Assembly: GCA_964637955.1 (NCBI GenBank)
Contig: CAZWXQ010000007.1
Span: 1 to 55,356, forward strand
Origin: an uncultured Gammaproteobacteria bacterium
Lineage (GTDB): Bacteria; Patescibacteriota; Microgenomatia; Levybacterales; UBA12049
Reading direction: 5' to 3'
DNA: 55,356 bases
Shown piece after piece: positions 18,120 through 26,659 of this stretch (position 1 is its first letter; every line of letters begins with the position of its first letter). The notes beneath the pieces were generated by a model that worked only from the letters and a program-made list of their open reading frames with translations, did not search any database and had not been told where the DNA came from. Position numbers and translations under genes: made by a program.

Positions 18120-19154
18120 TTATCCACCCGAGCCTGAGCCGCCGAAGTCTCCACCTCCGCCGAAGGATTCTCCTCCGCCGATGTTGAAGCCTCCAGAGCT
18201 GCCGCTGTCGAATCCTGAGCCGCCGAAGCTGCTCCCGAAAGAATTGCCGCTGTCATCGTCATGATGATGCGAGCTTCTGTGCGGTGGGTCGTCGTCACGG
18301 TCTTCTGGCTCGTCTCTGCGAGTCGAGTGCCCGGCTGAAGCCAGAGTCGCTGCCGTTCCCAGATATGTGAGACCATGGGAAGGGTACGGATCTGGCTGGG
18401 GCGTGTACGACGTTCGCGTGGACGAACTGCTGATTGGGTAGGACACGGGGTCGAAGTAGGGATCCTGCTTCTGGGACTTCCTTGCAAGGACGACCAAGAA
18501 GATCACGACTGCCGCTACGATCGCCCCGAAGATGAGGATCACCCACATGAGGGCGTTCCCATCATTGGTGCTTTGGGTCGGTTGGGGGTTGGGGCTCTGG
18601 GATTCTGGGTTGGACAAGTCCACCATGAAGTTTGCCAGTTCCCTGGAAAGGCTTATGAGGCCTTCTTCCCACCGTCCCTGGGCGCGAAGGGGGTTGAAGT
18701 ACTTCTCCCGGAAGCGGGTCACCGCTGAGTCAGGGAGGTCTCCTTCGAGTCCTCGGCCTGGCGCCACAAAGATGTACGGCTTGTTGCCGTCCGAGCCTTT
18801 GCGGTCCAGGAGGACCAGGATCATGAGACCGTTGTCCTTTTCGGCCGAGCCGATCCCGTTCACGTTACCTACGTCTGAGGTGAACTGGCTGGGGTCGGAT
18901 TCGATGTCCGAAAAGAACACGCCGGCCAATTGATAGCCGCCCGCATGAACCCTGTCGGATTCCTTGCGAAGAGCTTCCATGGTTGCGGCGGGAACTGTTT
19001 CCGTCGTATCCACCCATCCGCGGTCACTGACCGTGATGTGGGGGATGGCGGGGTCTGCTGCTTGTGCGGTGATTCCGACAAGCGACAGCAGGATCACTGC
19101 CACGAAGGGCAAGATCCTTACGAGCCGTGTGGTCACGATGTCCTTTCTGTGCAC
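18120..19154 (-). CDS. TPM-domain (YgcG-like) protein, paralog of the preceding gene, longer Pro/Ser/Gly-rich tail
   Basis: GIGSAEKDNGLMILVLLDR...YIFVAPGRGLEGDLPDS...FNPLRAQGRWEEGL aligns with the neighbour over ~150 aa. Signal peptide and a TM helix. GTG start. Confidence 0.75.
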   Translation of the reverse strand: MHRKDIVTTRLVRILPFVAVILLSLVGITAQAADPAIPHITVSDRGWVDTTETVPAATMEALRKESDRVHAGGYQLAGVFFSDIESDPSQFTSDVGNVNGIGSAEKDNGLMILVLLDRKGSDGNKPYIFVAPGRGLEGDLPDSAVTRFREKYFNPLRAQGRWEEGLISLSRELANFMVDLSNPESQSPNPQPTQSTNDGNALMWVILIFGAIVAAVVIFLVVLARKSQKQDPYFDPVSYPISSSSTRTSYTPQPDPYPSHGLTYLGTAATLASAGHSTRRDEPEDRDDDPPHRSSHHHDDDSGNSFGSSFGGSGFDSGSSGGFNIGGGESFGGGGDFGGSGSGG

Positions 19155-19245
19155 TGCGTGTGCACGCTATGTGTTGTAGCCGATGTTAAAGAGCTGCTAT
19201 GAACCCTCCTTTCGACACGCTAGTGTCAGTTGTCTGACTGTGTCT

Positions 19246-19261
19246 TTGGTTAGTTAATAGA
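19246..19261 (+). repeat. right copy of the direct repeat flanking the high-GC island (TTGGTTAGTTAATAGA)
   Basis: Contains TTGGTTA and GTTAATAGA, matching 16653-16664. Confidence 0.35.
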
Positions 19262-19410
19262 CCGGGGAATTATAGCAGAAATGAGCCTGATAGTCAAAAC
19301 TATAAGTCTTAATTTTTTAAAAATAATGGATTTTATTCGCTTCAAATATTTATACGTAGGTCTTACCATATTTTTGCATAGATTAGATTATTAACTGTTA
19401 AATTAAGCAA

Positions 19411-19638
19411 ATGGACTTTCAAAATATTTTTTACTTCGTGGGCACGATATTTATGGTAACGATGATAGCTCTTATGATTGGTATCGGGATTCTTCTTTTC
19501 AGAATGAGGGAAAATTTAGCCCTATTATCGAAGCTAACTCATAAGCCCGTGGATACGGTTACAGAGCTTGGTGCGGGTATAGCAGAAGGTGTCGCACTAA
19601 AACTTAAAGAATGGACAACTAAAAAAGCCTCCGATTAA
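19411..19638 (+). CDS. small membrane protein (75 aa), hypothetical
   Basis: One N-terminal TM helix (IFYFVGTIFMVTMIALMIGIGILLF). No motif recognised. Confidence 0.4.
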   Translation: MDFQNIFYFVGTIFMVTMIALMIGIGILLFRMRENLALLSKLTHKPVDTVTELGAGIAEGVALKLKEWTTKKASD

Positions 19639-19666
19639 GGAAGCTTTTTATAGAGCTAAAATTTCT

Positions 19667-19984
19667 TTATTTTTTTGAACCCTTTTTATCTAGTTTGTCT
19701 GCTGCGACACTAGAAACTTGATTTATATTTTTCCTAACATCTTCCTTCATTCCTGAAGTTTCTAAATTTACATTATTTAGCACATCACCTGCTGTATCAA
19801 TTGCTTTATCTTTAACTACGGCAAGGTTTTCACGAGTTTTTTGGTTTGCGAGCATTAATCCTGCTACACCACCGATTGCGGCTCCAGTCATAGCGCCTAC
19901 TATTTCAGGAGAGATCATACTTACTCCACCTTTTTTGCCTGTAGTAGAAGTTACCTTAGATTTAGATTTTGTTGTCTTAGCCAT
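19667..19984 (-). CDS. YtxH-like glycine-zipper membrane protein
   Basis: 105 aa. GAMTGAAIGGVAGLMLANQKTRENL followed by a helical tail, resembling the YtxH family. Confidence 0.4.
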   Translation of the reverse strand: MAKTTKSKSKVTSTTGKKGGVSMISPEIVGAMTGAAIGGVAGLMLANQKTRENLAVVKDKAIDTAGDVLNNVNLETSGMKEDVRKNINQVSSVAADKLDKKGSKK

Positions 19985-20086
19985 TAATTTTCACCTCCTT
20001 TCTTATTGCTAAAAAAAGTATAGATTTTCTTAGCATTAATCTAGCAAAAGGTAGGTAAGAGTTCGGAAAGAAAATTTTTATTTTAT

Positions 20087-20368
20087 TTAAGAGTTGTCTT
20101 TTAATTCAACAGGGCTCACGTAAGGAAATATGCCTTTTTGTAACTCGCTAGATCGTAGCTCGAGTTCTCTTAATAATTCTTCTTGTGCAAGCTGGGATGA
20201 AATTATCGGCAATTTTTCCTGCGCCCATAGAGGTATTGGAAAATCTAGAGGTAAATGTTCATAATAAGGCGTAAAAGCGGGTTGATCGGGGCTGGAAACG
20301 GGTTCTAAAATTATGTCTAAAAAATGCTGAAACCCAGTAATATAGGCTGCATTAAGGGTTAAAAGCAA
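20087..20368 (-). CDS. hypothetical protein (93 aa)
   Basis: ORF track only. Confidence 0.3.
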   Translation of the reverse strand: MLLTLNAAYITGFQHFLDIILEPVSSPDQPAFTPYYEHLPLDFPIPLWAQEKLPIISSQLAQEELLRELELRSSELQKGIFPYVSPVELKDNS

Positions 20369-20541
20369 AGGAATAACCGTTCTTCAAGGTAGATGGTCTA
20401 TGAGCTTGAGTAGTCTCAGGCGATCTTACAAGCAAAATATAACAAAATAAATTTTTACAATCAATTAGCAATTTTAAATTTCCACTTAGCAATTGACAAG
20501 ATAAATTTACAGTAGTATATTCATCAGGCTGCTCAAAAAAA

Positions 20542-21540
20542 ATGGAAAGAAGAGGACCATCATTACTCGAGAGCATGCCCCAAAGACCTTCGTATGAGAT
20601 TGTTGCGGGAACTTCAAATCCCGAACTCGCTAAAAGTATAGGTGAAATACTTCATAGAACAGTTGATGGGTCAGCAGGAGAGTTCCTAAATCATGAGACT
20701 AAAGTTCAAATTACCCCAAATCTTCGAAAAAGAGATGTATTTGTAATCAATTCCATGCAGGATCCTGCCAATAATTATTTTATGGAGCTATTGACTATGG
20801 TTCAGGCTGCGAAGCTGGCATCTGCTGCAGAAGTCACAGCTGTTATTCCTTATTATGGATATGGAAGACAGGATAAAAAAGACGCACCGCACGTTCCTAT
20901 TACTGCAGATTTAGTGGCTAAAGCTCTTGTAAATGCAGGAGCAGACAGAATCTTCACTCTTGATATACATGCAGAGCAAACGATGGGCTCCATAGCACCT
21001 AGACCCTGGGATAATCTCTATGGCAGTCGAGTTTTACTTCCTGCCGTTAGCGCATTAGGGCTCGATAATCCAGTTGTGGCTTCAGCTGATGCCGGGGGGG
21101 TAAAAAAAGCTGAAAAATTTTCACTCTTGCTTGATGGATCCGGCGAAGTAGTTATGGTACATAAAAGAAGAAGCGGGGCAGATGTAAAAGCTAAAGCTGT
21201 TGTAGGAGATGTGGAAGGCAGGGATGTAATAATGGTTGATGATATGATAGATACGGCAGGAACTCTTAGAGAGGCGTCCCAACTCATAAAAGCACATGGG
21301 GCAAATAGAATTATTGCTTTAGCAACACATGGTCAGTTCACTGGTCCGGCTCTTGATAGAATTTCAGATTCACCAATCGATAGAGTTCTTGTAACGGACA
21401 CTATTCGCCAATCAGATGAGGTTAGAAATAATCCTAAAATTCAGATTGTAACTGTAGCTGCGCTCATAGCAGAGGCAATTAAAAGAATTCACAGAGGTGG
21501 ATCATTAAGTGCGTTAATTCCAATGCCTCCAAAGAGTTAG
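20542..21540 (+). CDS. prs: ribose-phosphate pyrophosphokinase
   Basis: YYGYGRQDKK, DIHAEQ and VDDMIDTAGT motifs. The true start may be ATG 20575. TTGACA-N17-TATATT lies upstream at ~20494-20522. Confidence 0.9.
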   Translation: MERRGPSLLESMPQRPSYEIVAGTSNPELAKSIGEILHRTVDGSAGEFLNHETKVQITPNLRKRDVFVINSMQDPANNYFMELLTMVQAAKLASAAEVTAVIPYYGYGRQDKKDAPHVPITADLVAKALVNAGADRIFTLDIHAEQTMGSIAPRPWDNLYGSRVLLPAVSALGLDNPVVASADAGGVKKAEKFSLLLDGSGEVVMVHKRRSGADVKAKAVVGDVEGRDVIMVDDMIDTAGTLREASQLIKAHGANRIIALATHGQFTGPALDRISDSPIDRVLVTDTIRQSDEVRNNPKIQIVTVAALIAEAIKRIHRGGSLSALIPMPPKS

Positions 21541-21920
21541 ATTTTTGGAGTTATAAAGTGAACTACGAAAACCTCACCTTTATAATTAAATGGAGTCATA
21601 ATTAATTCAACTTCAACTTCGGATCCACCTTTAGTTTTAATATTGACTGATAGGAAAGAGGCAGTAAGTTCTTCGCTGGCTTTTCCATAAGCTTCAATTA
21701 CAGTATTTTGATCACCTTCTACGACATCATCTATCGGACTTTCGACTTCAACCCATTTATCGATTGATTCGTAACCAAGTAGATCTGCGAAATTTTGATT
21801 GCAGATTTTATGTGTGTCATCTAGATAAATATAAATAGCTTGAGGGGAATCAGAAAGGATAGGTTCAAATATTTCTGCAATTTCTTTTATGAGATGTTCA
21901 TGGTGTTCATCGTGTGCCAT
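21537..21920 (-). CDS. small PAS-like domain protein
   Basis: 127 aa. SPQAIYIYLDDTHKICNQNFADLLGYES... resembles a PAS core. Confidence 0.35.
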   Translation of the reverse strand: MAHDEHHEHLIKEIAEIFEPILSDSPQAIYIYLDDTHKICNQNFADLLGYESIDKWVEVESPIDDVVEGDQNTVIEAYGKASEELTASFLSVNIKTKGGSEVEVELIMTPFNYKGEVFVVHFITPKI

Positions 21921-21959
21921 TTTTTAATATTACAAAAATAAATATGATTTGACAATCGC

Positions 21960-22700
21960 TTAAAAAATAGAATCAACGTCATTGTTTGAAGAAGAAAGAA
22001 TGCCCTGATGATAAGCTAAATTTACTCCGTTTATTTTATCTTGAATCATGAATGGGTGATTCCCAAAATATCTATCTCCAAAATCTCCCAAGCCTGGCAC
22101 AATATAATTTTTATCATTTAATCTTTCATCTACGGCAGTAGTAGTTATTTTAATTTCTGGATAAAGCTCATTAATTCTTACTATTCCTTCAGGTGCGGAA
22201 ACTAGGGAGTAGATTTGCATTTGATTAAATTTTGCTCCCATATTTTTTAATATTTCAATTGCCATACTTGCCGATCCGCCTGTCGCAAGCATGGGGTCAG
22301 GAATAATTATTTTATTGAATTTTTTAAGATCTAATTTTTTTAACCCATTATAATTTAAGCTTGGAAGCGAAGTTTCATGGCTTCTTTTTATGTCAAGTAG
22401 ACCCAGTGTAGCATCTGGCATTGAAGATTTAATTCCTTCTGCTGCAGGTAACCCAGATCTCAGAATTCCCACGAGTAAAACATTTGCTGAATCACTTATT
22501 TCATAATTCTTGAATGAATCATCTACGGGCGTAGGTATTTGCACATTTATTTTCGGAAGATCATTTAATATTTCTTCACCTACTATTTTAAATATTCTAT
22601 CAGCATGAAATTTAAAATCGTTTATATTTGTATTCTTATTTCTTAATATTGCAAAAGAATCAATTATTGCTTGAGTTTCAAATAATTTTACTTTATACAT
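21960..22700 (-). CDS. upp: uracil phosphoribosyltransferase
   Basis: PRPP loop IIPDPMLATGGS and C-terminal GLGDFGDRYFG. Confidence 0.85.
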   Translation of the reverse strand: MYKVKLFETQAIIDSFAILRNKNTNINDFKFHADRIFKIVGEEILNDLPKINVQIPTPVDDSFKNYEISDSANVLLVGILRSGLPAAEGIKSSMPDATLGLLDIKRSHETSLPSLNYNGLKKLDLKKFNKIIIPDPMLATGGSASMAIEILKNMGAKFNQMQIYSLVSAPEGIVRINELYPEIKITTTAVDERLNDKNYIVPGLGDFGDRYFGNHPFMIQDKINGVNLAYHQGILSSSNNDVDSIF

Positions 22701-22757
22701 TTTTAAAGCCTGAATAATCCTAAGAGAATGTTATATGTTTTCCGATAAATAGTAAAG

Positions 22758-23777
22758 TTATTTTATGTTTTTATAATAATAATTAAATCTATTTTTTATT
22801 TCTACAGCACACATGATAAAAATTATAGATAGCGTTGTGTATATGATAGTGTAATATTCATTTCTAAAATTAACTAAGTTCTTTGACGGATGGAATAAAA
22901 AGAAAACTTTACTTAAATAGATAAACACGAAATAATGCCATATGAAAAGTGGCATAGTGTTTTTACCTAGATATTCCAGCACTTTATTCTTATTAATATA
23001 TTTGCTTATAAAAATAGTAGCTAGGATTCCAGAAATAGCAGCTATATAAAAGTAGAAATAATTATTAAGTCTGTTTAGTCTTAAATCAACTTGCACACCA
23101 AAGTTATCAAAATTAAGATTGGCAAAGAAAAAAGTTGTGATTATAAAAATTGCCATTAAGAAAATTGAATACTTATTGAATGTTTGATTAATTCTTTCCG
23201 GGAGAAAATTCCAAAGATATCCCATCCCAAAAAATACAATTCCAGTTAAAACCGTTTCAAAACCAAAGGGGAATTTTATGTAAGAAAAGTAATGAGAAAT
23301 TAAAAAACCTAGTATAGAAAAAATAATTAGACTTAGGATTAAAGATTTTATACTTAATTTTGATAAGAACCAGAAGATCTGTTTAGTTAAAAATAGACAT
23401 GGTAAAAACCAAAGAACAGTGTTTATCGCCAAATATCCATGATTTGCATTTCCATAAAATATCCCAAATATTTGCTTAGAGATGTAGTAAATCGTTTGAT
23501 CTTGGGAAGGTAATATTATAAACCATAAAATGAGACTTGCGAACGCGAAAATAAAATAGGGAATCAAAATTCTCTTAATATCTTTTCTTAAAGAATCTTT
23601 ATATGTTTCATTTGACCTGGTATGAAAAACTAGTCCGGAAAGAAAAAAGAAGAGTGGCATGTGGAATGAATAGATCAAGTATCTATAACCCTCAGAGCCA
23701 AGTGTATGACCATAAATAACCAAAATAATTCCTATGCCGCGAGCAACATCAATCCATGAAAATCGTTCTCTTATCAT
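22758..23777 (-). CDS. acyltransferase family 3 membrane protein
   Basis: About 10 TM segments. The N-terminal WIDVARGIGIILVIYGH is typical of Acyl_transf_3. Confidence 0.7.
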   Translation of the reverse strand: MIRERFSWIDVARGIGIILVIYGHTLGSEGYRYLIYSFHMPLFFFLSGLVFHTRSNETYKDSLRKDIKRILIPYFIFAFASLILWFIILPSQDQTIYYISKQIFGIFYGNANHGYLAINTVLWFLPCLFLTKQIFWFLSKLSIKSLILSLIIFSILGFLISHYFSYIKFPFGFETVLTGIVFFGMGYLWNFLPERINQTFNKYSIFLMAIFIITTFFFANLNFDNFGVQVDLRLNRLNNYFYFYIAAISGILATIFISKYINKNKVLEYLGKNTMPLFIWHYFVFIYLSKVFFLFHPSKNLVNFRNEYYTIIYTTLSIIFIMCAVEIKNRFNYYYKNIK

Positions 23778-23830
23778 AAATTTATTGTAGCAATGTTTGA
23801 GTAAGTAAAATGAGCGAAGAGAGTATTACA

Positions 23831-24562
23831 TTATGGCTTTAATTGTTTAGGTTCATCCCACCATGTATTCGAACTTCTTTGAGATGAACCTCTAACTTCT
23901 TGAATTAGTAATCCTCCTTTTGCTCTGTCTATTAGTCTCATAGTCTCGCTTGTATCTCCAGCAAACGATAGACCTGATTTTAGAAAACTTTTTGGATCCT
24001 GTGTGTTGCTGGTTATAAAAAGTCTTCCGCCTTTGTTATGCATTAAGGTAATAGCTTTTCGTACGAAAGCTGATCCACTACCATACTCTGAATTCCAATC
24101 GTCAATAATCAGCACGTCAAATTCTTGCCTCAGAATTTCATTGCCAAGTCCTTTAAGTTCAGCGAGATTTATATACATCGATTTTTTACCTTCTGCTATA
24201 GCTTTCTTTGCAAAAGCAACACTTAGATGAGTTTTTCCAACTCCTGGATCTCCATGAACAAACATTCCTGCCAGTTTTCCATCAGCTGTCTGTAAAAGTC
24301 TTTCCATCATTCTCGTAAGGTCTGTCTGAGATTGATTTTGTGGAGAATAATTATCCCATCGTGAAGAAGCATTTTCCAAAGGTAAATCAGGATGAAGTTG
24401 GGAGAATGTTATATCAACTCGCATTTTACTTAATTGATCTGCTGAAAATTTTCCATCCGGTCCTTTTTCGTAGGAATTAATTATGGAATCAAACTTAACC
24501 TCAGGAAGTCCAGTTGTTGCTGGAGTATATTCAAATACTGAAATTGGTGCCCCTTCATTCAT
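23831..24562 (-). CDS. DnaC/IstB-like P-loop ATPase (array gene 1)
   Basis: Walker A HGDPGVGKTHL and Walker B VLIIDDW. There is no adjacent transposase or helicase. Confidence 0.55.
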   Translation of the reverse strand: MNEGAPISVFEYTPATTGLPEVKFDSIINSYEKGPDGKFSADQLSKMRVDITFSQLHPDLPLENASSRWDNYSPQNQSQTDLTRMMERLLQTADGKLAGMFVHGDPGVGKTHLSVAFAKKAIAEGKKSMYINLAELKGLGNEILRQEFDVLIIDDWNSEYGSGSAFVRKAITLMHNKGGRLFITSNTQDPKSFLKSGLSFAGDTSETMRLIDRAKGGLLIQEVRGSSQRSSNTWWDEPKQLKP

Positions 24563-24570
24563 AGTGGGAA

Positions 24571-24599
24571 ATTATATCAAAAAGGGGAGAGTATATCAA
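24571..24599 (-). promoter_or_regulatory. promoter TTGATA-N17-TATAAT, 8 nt before ATG 24562
   Basis: Minus strand reads TTGATATACTCTCCCCTTTTTGATATAATTTCCCACTATG. Confidence 0.55.
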
Positions 24600-24604
24600 A
24601 ATGT

Positions 24605-24638
24605 ATCAGCAGGTCTAAAGTAACTACTCTGTTAGGAA
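24605..24638 (-). repeat. conserved intergenic box, copy A (divergent)
   Basis: Plus strand ATCAGCAGGTCTAAAGTAACTACTCTGTTAGGAA. It overlaps the stop codon of the 121-aa gene. Confidence 0.6.
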
Positions 24639-24997
24639 TTATTATCAGTACTAGATGCAAATTCTAGTTGCTCAGTTGAGTCAAACCATCTTACTACTGT
24701 TCTAACTGTTGCTTCGTGATCAATTAGACCTCTAACTAAGTTTTCCAATTCTAGATCTAATTCTTCTCGCTCAGCAAAGCTTACACCAATTGAATCTTCA
24801 GACACATATGGTTCATAATCAGAATAGTTTCCATTTCTCTCTACAACGACTGCACCAACTCTTCCAATAGCAGGTCCAATAAGTGCTTTAACTAAATCAC
24901 CTCGTTGAAAAATAGTAGGCGTAGGTGTTTCTACTCTTCTTATAGGAGTGGGATAAAAACTATCTGCTGACACAAATCTCAGAACTTCTTCATTCAT
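24632..24997 (-). CDS. hypothetical protein (121 aa, array gene 2)
   Basis: ORF track. Begins MNEEV. It has its own promoter. Confidence 0.5.
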   Translation of the reverse strand: MNEEVLRFVSADSFYPTPIRRVETPTPTIFQRGDLVKALIGPAIGRVGAVVVERNGNYSDYEPYVSEDSIGVSFAEREELDLELENLVRGLIDHEATVRTVVRWFDSTEQLEFASSTDNNS

Positions 24998-25004
24998 GAC
25001 GGAG

Positions 25005-25033
25005 AGTATAGCAGACTAGTCACTATATCACAA
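25005..25033 (-). promoter_or_regulatory. promoter TTGTGA-N17-TATACT, 7 nt before ATG 24997
   Basis: Minus strand reads TTGTGATATAGTGACTAGTCTGCTATACTCTCCGTCATG. Confidence 0.45.
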
Positions 25034-25036
25034 TAT

Positions 25037-25067
25037 ATCAGCAGGTCTAAGGCGACCATACTAGAAA
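25037..25067 (-). repeat. conserved intergenic box, copy B (divergent)
   Basis: Plus strand ATCAGCAGGTCTAAGGCGACCATACTAGAAA. Confidence 0.55.
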
Positions 25068-25098
25068 TTATTTTTATTATCTTTGATATACTCATTTC

Positions 25099-25710
25099 GT
25101 GATAAAAGCAATAATTTTTGATATAGGAGGAGTAATTGTTTCTCCAGAAGTTGAAAAAATTACTCAGCGAGTTTCTGTATACGCTGGAGTAGATTTCGAA
25201 TCTTTTAATAAGTATTATGAACAATATAAATCAGATCTTACAAAAGGAAAGATTTCTCTAATTGATGTATATTCTGAAATAGTTAATCATTTCAAGTTAA
25301 CTAGTCTAACAGGTCAAAATCTTGTAGATGAACACCTTAGGCTTTTCAGGGAAGTTATAGAAAATTTGGATGAAGAAGTTATAGCTTTAGTTGAAAATCT
25401 AAAACAGAAATATGAAGTTTTTTGTTTGGTAAATGCTGAAAAAGATGTTGTGCCTTTGGTAAGGAAAAGGGGAATTTATTCTCATTTTCAAAAAGCATAT
25501 ATTTCTACGGAAATGGGTATGGAAAAGCCAGATCTAGAAATATATGAAGCTGTTCTAAAAGATATAAATTTCGTTCCTGAAGAAACATTATTTATTGATG
25601 ATAAGAAGCCAAATGTTGATGCGGCAGACAAGCTTGGTATTCATACAATTTTATATAAAAACTACAAAGACTTAAAAGAAGAATTAGTTAATCTGAAAGT
25701 GGATTTTTAA
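25099..25710 (+). CDS. HAD-superfamily hydrolase
   Basis: IIFDIGGVIV (motif I variant) and FIDDKKPNVDAA (motif IV). GTG start 6 nt after TATACT (25087-25092). Confidence 0.75.
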   Translation: MIKAIIFDIGGVIVSPEVEKITQRVSVYAGVDFESFNKYYEQYKSDLTKGKISLIDVYSEIVNHFKLTSLTGQNLVDEHLRLFREVIENLDEEVIALVENLKQKYEVFCLVNAEKDVVPLVRKRGIYSHFQKAYISTEMGMEKPDLEIYEAVLKDINFVPEETLFIDDKKPNVDAADKLGIHTILYKNYKDLKEELVNLKVDF

Positions 25711-25713
25711 TCT

Positions 25714-25744
25714 ATCAGCAGGCCTTAAGTGACTATGTTGGAAG
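25714..25744 (-). repeat. conserved intergenic box, copy C
   Basis: The 33 nt TCTATCAGCAGGCCTTAAGTGACTATGTTGGAA (25711-25743) are identical to the equivalent stretch at copy D (26613-26645). It lies directly after the stop of the 274-aa gene. No promoter half is present because the HAD gene converges here. Confidence 0.7.
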
Positions 25745-25747
25745 CTA

Positions 25748-26572
25748 TTATCTCTTTGCTCTTCTTAATGCTGATTCAAGTTTATCTTTTAATAATTCCA
25801 TAACTTTTTCTCTAGTCAGTCTAATATAGCTTCCATCTTTTTCAGAGACATAGAAACCCATTTTATAAATTTCAGCAAGATTTATCGAATCAATAAAGCT
25901 TGAATAATATGCCTCAAAATCTCCATCAGGAAATTCAAGCTGAGCTATTTCGAAGAGTCTTCTAAAATCTGAAGATCTGTCCTTGGGAATTAATGCTCCA
26001 GTATCTGTGCCGAATCGTATGAAATTTCTTCTAGTGGATTGTGGGTTAGCGTTCCACGCATTCTTATATACTTCGTGACGATCTTCTTGCGAAGTTTCAT
26101 TACTTTTTAGCATTAAATAATTATGTTCTGGCGTTGAAACTAACATTCCTGTGGGAAGAACTAGTCCTCTACTATCTGACCATCCGGAAAGTAAAGCTGT
26201 TAAATCAGCATAAGCTCCTGAAAAGCTAATGTCATATGGATGAGAGTGAGTATTGATGCTTATTTTAGATCCTGGTTCGTCATAAATTGCCCAATCACAT
26301 TCAGCATCATCACCAATCTCAGGATTTTCGGGAAACAATAACTGCCCATCAGTGCTAATGCTTATAAGAGATCCTCGTTCGCGTCCATCAGTGTCATTTT
26401 GAGTTAATTCCGATAACCAGTTTGCATAAGTTTCAATAGTAGTTGAAGTTAGTTGCTGTGGTAAATCCGAATAAGCTGGATAAATACCAGATACACTGTC
26501 AACGACATATCTTTCTAAAAGATAATTATTTCCAATCAGCTCTGAATGTTTGAGAGTTAAACCTTCTGTCAT
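25748..26572 (-). CDS. hypothetical protein with JAB/MPN-like HSHP motif (array gene 3)
   Basis: 274 aa. NTHSHPYDISFSGAYAD resembles the JAMM HxH...S..D signature, with an upstream Glu (GRERGS). The spacing is not exact. Confidence 0.5.
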   Translation of the reverse strand: MTEGLTLKHSELIGNNYLLERYVVDSVSGIYPAYSDLPQQLTSTTIETYANWLSELTQNDTDGRERGSLISISTDGQLLFPENPEIGDDAECDWAIYDEPGSKISINTHSHPYDISFSGAYADLTALLSGWSDSRGLVLPTGMLVSTPEHNYLMLKSNETSQEDRHEVYKNAWNANPQSTRRNFIRFGTDTGALIPKDRSSDFRRLFEIAQLEFPDGDFEAYYSSFIDSINLAEIYKMGFYVSEKDGSYIRLTREKVMELLKDKLESALRRAKR

Positions 26573-26580
26573 CGGAGGGA

Positions 26581-26610
26581 ATTATATCAAGAAAGAGGAG
26601 AGTATATCAA
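26581..26610 (-). promoter_or_regulatory. promoter TTGATA-N18-TATAAT, 8 nt before ATG 26572
   Basis: Minus strand reads TTGATATACTCTCCTCTTTCTTGATATAATTCCCTCCGATG, nearly identical to the promoter at 24571-24599. Confidence 0.55.
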
Positions 26611-26615
26611 AATCT

Positions 26616-26645
26616 ATCAGCAGGCCTTAAGTGACTATGTTGGAA
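26616..26645 (-). repeat. conserved intergenic box, copy D
   Basis: Plus strand ATCAGCAGGCCTTAAGTGACTATGTTGGAA. Confidence 0.7.
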
Positions 26646-26659
26646 ATTATTTTATTATT

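Larger units (their letters stand above)
16665..19252 (-). other. compositional island (~60% GC) carrying lemA-TPM-TPM; putative horizontally acquired cassette
   Basis: Hand GC counts of 60-nt lines inside the island are 63%, 67% and 50%. An adjacent outside line is 25%. Transitions are sharp at ~16680 and ~19245. The spurious overlapping six-frame ORFs here are typical of high-GC DNA. Confidence 0.75.

Noticed and set aside
16847-19202. Many overlapping ORFs on both strands inside the high-GC island (e.g. 16847-17194, 17511-17933, 18113-18487, 18532-18933)
   Set aside because: High-GC DNA is stop-codon poor in all frames. Only the LemA and two TPM frames give recognisable domain motifs and sensible signal and TM features.
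16665-19252. Dismissing the high-GC island outright as contamination or misassembly
   Set aside because: Not dismissed. Both junctions lie inside the contig, with matching AT-rich flanks and a flanking direct repeat, so a simple end-to-end chimera does not explain it. Read-level validation is still required (see finding).
20352-20576. ORF 20352-20576 (-), and similarly 28340-28564 (-)
   Set aside because: Each overlaps the promoter or 5' end of a well-supported gene (prs; the 292-aa array gene), with no motif and odd composition. Other antisense ORFs inside large genes (13407-13670, 33657-33893, 41812-42201 and others) were treated the same way.
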